From NCBI GenBank assembly GCA_033764015.1, contig JANRJK010000036.1, positions 295,164-359,163 on the forward strand: a DNA stretch of 64,000 nucleotides. The letters are read 5' to 3'. This stretch comes from Candidatus Sumerlaeia bacterium. Lineage in GTDB: Bacteria; Sumerlaeota; Sumerlaeia; SLMS01; JANRJK01. A program made the translations under genes and the position numbers. This document shows positions 61,112-64,000 of the stretch, one piece after another (the stretch's first letter is position 1; every line of letters begins with the position of its first letter). Under the pieces are notes generated by a model. The model saw only the letters and a list, made by a program, of their open reading frames with translations. It made no database searches and had not been told where the DNA came from.

Positions 61112-64000
61112 ATGAACTCGATCTCCCGGCAGGAAATCCTCCGGCGCACGACGAAGGCCCTCGAAGCGTCCCTGGCCCGCCACCCGGGGAACGAGAAGAT
61201 CCTTTGCCAGCTCGCGAGCGCGTACGCGCAGGCGGGGCAGTTCCATGCGCAGGCGATGGAGGCCTACGAGCGGGCCTCGGCGGCGGCGCCGGGGGACGTC
61301 CGGGTGCAGAACGCGCTCTCCATCGGCTACCTGATCAACCAGTCGATCCAGCTTTCCGCGCAGCTCCATTCGCTGGAGGAGCTGGACCTCGACGCGCTGG
61401 CGGTGAACGTGGCGAAGCTGCGCGAGTACGCGCGGCTGCACCAGGACTCGCCGGAGATCCACCGCGCGCTGGGGGACCTGGAGCTGCTTTCCGGCGACGA
61501 GCGGAGCGCGCTGCAGCACTACCGGGTGGCGCTGGCGCTCGGCCTTCGGGACCTCGAGCCGCTCTGCAACCATTTCGAGCACATCCGCTTCATGGCGCAC
61601 CTCGGCACGGCGCTCGTGGTGTTCTTCTGCGAAATCTACCAGCGGCTCGGACGGGACGACCGGGCGGACGCGATCTACCGCCAGCTCATCGACGACCGCC
61701 AGGAGGACGCTTCGGCGCTGGAGGCGTACCTCGGCTTCCTGGAGCGCCGCATCGACGACCTGATCGAGGACCCGCGGGCGATGGGGGAGGCGGCGCGGCA
61801 GATCTGCCGCGTGCGCCTGCGCCGCGGGCAGCACTCGGAGGCGCTGTCCTGGGCGCGGCAGCTCTCCATCGAGGTGCTGACGGAGGATCCGCCGCTTGTG
61901 AAGGACCTGGCGCGGGTGCTGATCGACCTGCAGGACTTCCGCTCCGCGTTCGACTACCTGACGCGGATCCCGGTGGACGGCGAGGTGAAGACGCTGCTGA
62001 ACGAGATGTCGGTGCGCTTGGAGCAGCAGGGGGAGATCGACGCGGCGGTGTACATCCTGCAGTACCTCGGCAAGCGGGATGTGAAGGAGCAGAAAGAGCA
62101 GCTGATCGAGGCGAAGCAGGCCGAGATGAAGGCGGAGCAGCGGGAGCTGGAGGTGCAGACCGAGCTGTCGATGGCGGAGCTGCACTGGAAGAGCAAGCGC
62201 TGGCAGGAGGCGCTGGACAGCTACGTTCGGGCGCTGTCGCTGGGATACGAGGACTACAAGTCGCTGCTGGAGCCGATCGACCTGCTGATCGAACGGATCG
62301 GGGACACGAGCGACGAGCGGCTGGGCTACCTGGTGAACTTCTTCGCGGAGCGGCGGGAGTGGCGGCGCGTGCTGCGCTACGCGGAGCGCGCGCTGGCGCA
62401 GAACCCCTCGCTGACGAACATCCAGCAGCGGCTGCTGCAGGCGTGCGAGCAACTGCTGCTGGCGGATCCTTCGGCGAGCGACGTGCGGCTGCGGCTCGGG
62501 GATCTGCTGCTGGAGCGGAACAACCTGGAGCGCGCGATGCAGGAGTACCGGCGCGCGGCGCAGAATCCCGAAGCGAGCATGAAGGCGAACCGCCGGCTCG
62601 CGGTCGCGTACATCCGCGGGGGGGACTTCGGGAACGCGTTCGCGCGCCTGCGCGACCTTCCGGTGCTGGAGACGGAGGACATCGAGCGGCTGTACGACGT
62701 GGCGATGGGCTTCACGACGCAGCAGTCGTGGAAGGATGTCGTCGAGTCCTGCAAGCTGATCCTGGAGTACGACTCGAAGTTCCGGGACGTGCGGCAGCGG
62801 CTCGAGCAGGCGCAGGCGCAGCTGCAGGCGGGGAGCCTGGAGGCGGCGCTGGACCCGAAGATGCGCGAGCTGATCGGCGACCACGCGATCGGGCGCTACA
62901 AGTACGTGGGGAAGATCGGCAGCGGCGGCATGGGCGTGGTCCACAAGGTGATGGACATCAAGCAGAACCACGTGCTGGCGATGAAGATCCTGCGGGAGGG
63001 CCTCTCCTCGAGCGGCAAGGCGATCGACCGCTTCTTCCGGGAGGCGCGCATCGCCTCGACGCTGAAGCACCGGAACATCGTGAACATCGTGGACTACAAC
63101 ATCTCGCAGACGGCGGGGCAGTCGTACATCGCGATGGAGTTCATCGACGGCCCCTCGCTGCGGGACGTGATCGAGACGAAGTTCTCGCAGACGATGGAGG
63201 TGGCGATGGCGGACGTGCTGCAGGGGCTGGACTGGATGAGCCAGCTCTGCGACGCGCTCGACATCACGCACAAGCGGGGGATCATCCACCGCGACATCAA
63301 GCCGGACAACATGCTGATCGCGACGGGGAACATGCTGAAGGTGACGGACTTCGGCATCGTGCACATCGAGGAGGCGACGTTCACGCCGACGGGCGCGCTG
63401 ATCGGGACGCCGCGCTACATGAGCCCGGAGCAGGTGCACGGCGGGCGCATCGACGGGCGCAGCGACATCTACGCGGTCGGGATCATCTTCTACGAGCTGC
63501 TGATCGGCTCGCCCCCGTTCATCTCGGGCGACATCGCCTACCAGCAGGTGAACGTGCTGCCCACGCGCCCCATCGAGATCTGCCCCGCGATCCCCGCGGC
63601 GGTGGACCGCATCATTATGAAGTGCCTGGAGAAGAACCCGAACGACCGCTACCAGGAGGCGATGGACCTGAAGGCGGACCTGGACGAGTGCTACGTGCGG
63701 CTCGGCGGCGACCCGGAGAAGCGGGTGCCTTCGGGTTTCGACGCGAACCAGGCGACGAAGCTGCAGGAGGAGCGCCCGATCCAGGCGCAGCCGAAGACCG
63801 CGGAGGCCGCGCCGGCCAAGAAGCCGCGACTGATCCGCATCGAGGCCGCGGAGTCGGAGACGCCGATGGGGTTCCTTTCGCCGCAGGCGCCCGCGGGTTC
63901 GACGCCGCCGCCGATGCACGAACCGAAGCGGCCGACGCCGCGGGTCGCGCCGCCTGCACCGGCGCCGGCACGCTCCGCGACGCCGCAGCGCGCGCCGGCG
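61112..64000 (+). CDS. Large TPR-repeat Ser/Thr protein kinase (3' end beyond the window)
   Basis: Hand translation from ATG 61112, open to the edge (963 codons). About 590 aa of TPR-like helices, then IGSGGMG, LAMK, HRDIKPDN, DFG, GTPRYMSPE and a Pro-rich tail. Absent from the ORF track because it has no stop. Confidence 0.9.
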   Translation, partial: MNSISRQEILRRTTKALEASLARHPGNEKILCQLASAYAQAGQFHAQAMEAYERASAAAPGDVRVQNALSIGYLINQSIQLSAQLHSLEELDLDALAVNVAKLREYARLHQDSPEIHRALGDLELLSGDERSALQHYRVALALGLRDLEPLCNHFEHIRFMAHLGTALVVFFCEIYQRLGRDDRADAIYRQLIDDRQEDASALEAYLGFLERRIDDLIEDPRAMGEAARQICRVRLRRGQHSEALSWARQLSIEVLTEDPPLVKDLARVLIDLQDFRSAFDYLTRIPVDGEVKTLLNEMSVRLEQQGEIDAAVYILQYLGKRDVKEQKEQLIEAKQAEMKAEQRELEVQTELSMAELHWKSKRWQEALDSYVRALSLGYEDYKSLLEPIDLLIERIGDTSDERLGYLVNFFAERREWRRVLRYAERALAQNPSLTNIQQRLLQACEQLLLADPSASDVRLRLGDLLLERNNLERAMQEYRRAAQNPEASMKANRRLAVAYIRGGDFGNAFARLRDLPVLETEDIERLYDVAMGFTTQQSWKDVVESCKLILEYDSKFRDVRQRLEQAQAQLQAGSLEAALDPKMRELIGDHAIGRYKYVGKIGSGGMGVVHKVMDIKQNHVLAMKILREGLSSSGKAIDRFFREARIASTLKHRNIVNIVDYNISQTAGQSYIAMEFIDGPSLRDVIETKFSQTMEVAMADVLQGLDWMSQLCDALDITHKRGIIHRDIKPDNMLIATGNMLKVTDFGIVHIEEATFTPTGALIGTPRYMSPEQVHGGRIDGRSDIYAVGIIFYELLIGSPPFISGDIAYQQVNVLPTRPIEICPAIPAAVDRIIMKCLEKNPNDRYQEAMDLKADLDECYVRLGGDPEKRVPSGFDANQATKLQEERPIQAQPKTAEAAPAKKPRLIRIEAAESETPMGFLSPQAPAGSTPPPMHEPKRPTPRVAPPAPAPARSATPQRAPA

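Overview
Very GC-rich bacterial chromosome segment, densely coding and mostly housekeeping. The lipoprotein, PilT and secreted proteins fit a diderm, probably from a poorly characterised phylum; taxonomy cannot be fixed from this window. Most long ORFs in the six-frame track are GC-shadow artefacts; about 50 real CDSs can be supported. Housekeeping content: the distal complex I operon in a non-canonical order (nuoH-I-J-K-N-L), metK-ahcY, thiE/thiL/thiD, trpS, uvrA, argD, pilT, chrA, an ABC-F ATPase, partial liv and complete ABC-2 transporters, five glycosyltransferases (three GT-C-like, two GT4) and three tRNAs (Asp-GTC, Val-TAC, Pro-GGG). No CRISPR array, rRNA, transposase or integrase was seen. 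The most unusual signals are: (1) two membrane Ser/Thr kinase-fold proteins, one apparently active and one a pseudokinase, both with an extracytoplasmic domain carrying GspG/pseudopilin-like motifs; (2) a lipoprotein ending in a caspase-fold domain that has lost both catalytic residues; (3) a MenA1/MenT1-like nucleotidyltransferase toxin-antitoxin pair; (4) an orphan LarC C-terminal domain coupled to thiL; (5) a DUF3592/arrestin-like gene pair; (6) a large TPR-kinase running off the right edge. All family calls are by-eye motif recognition, not database searches.
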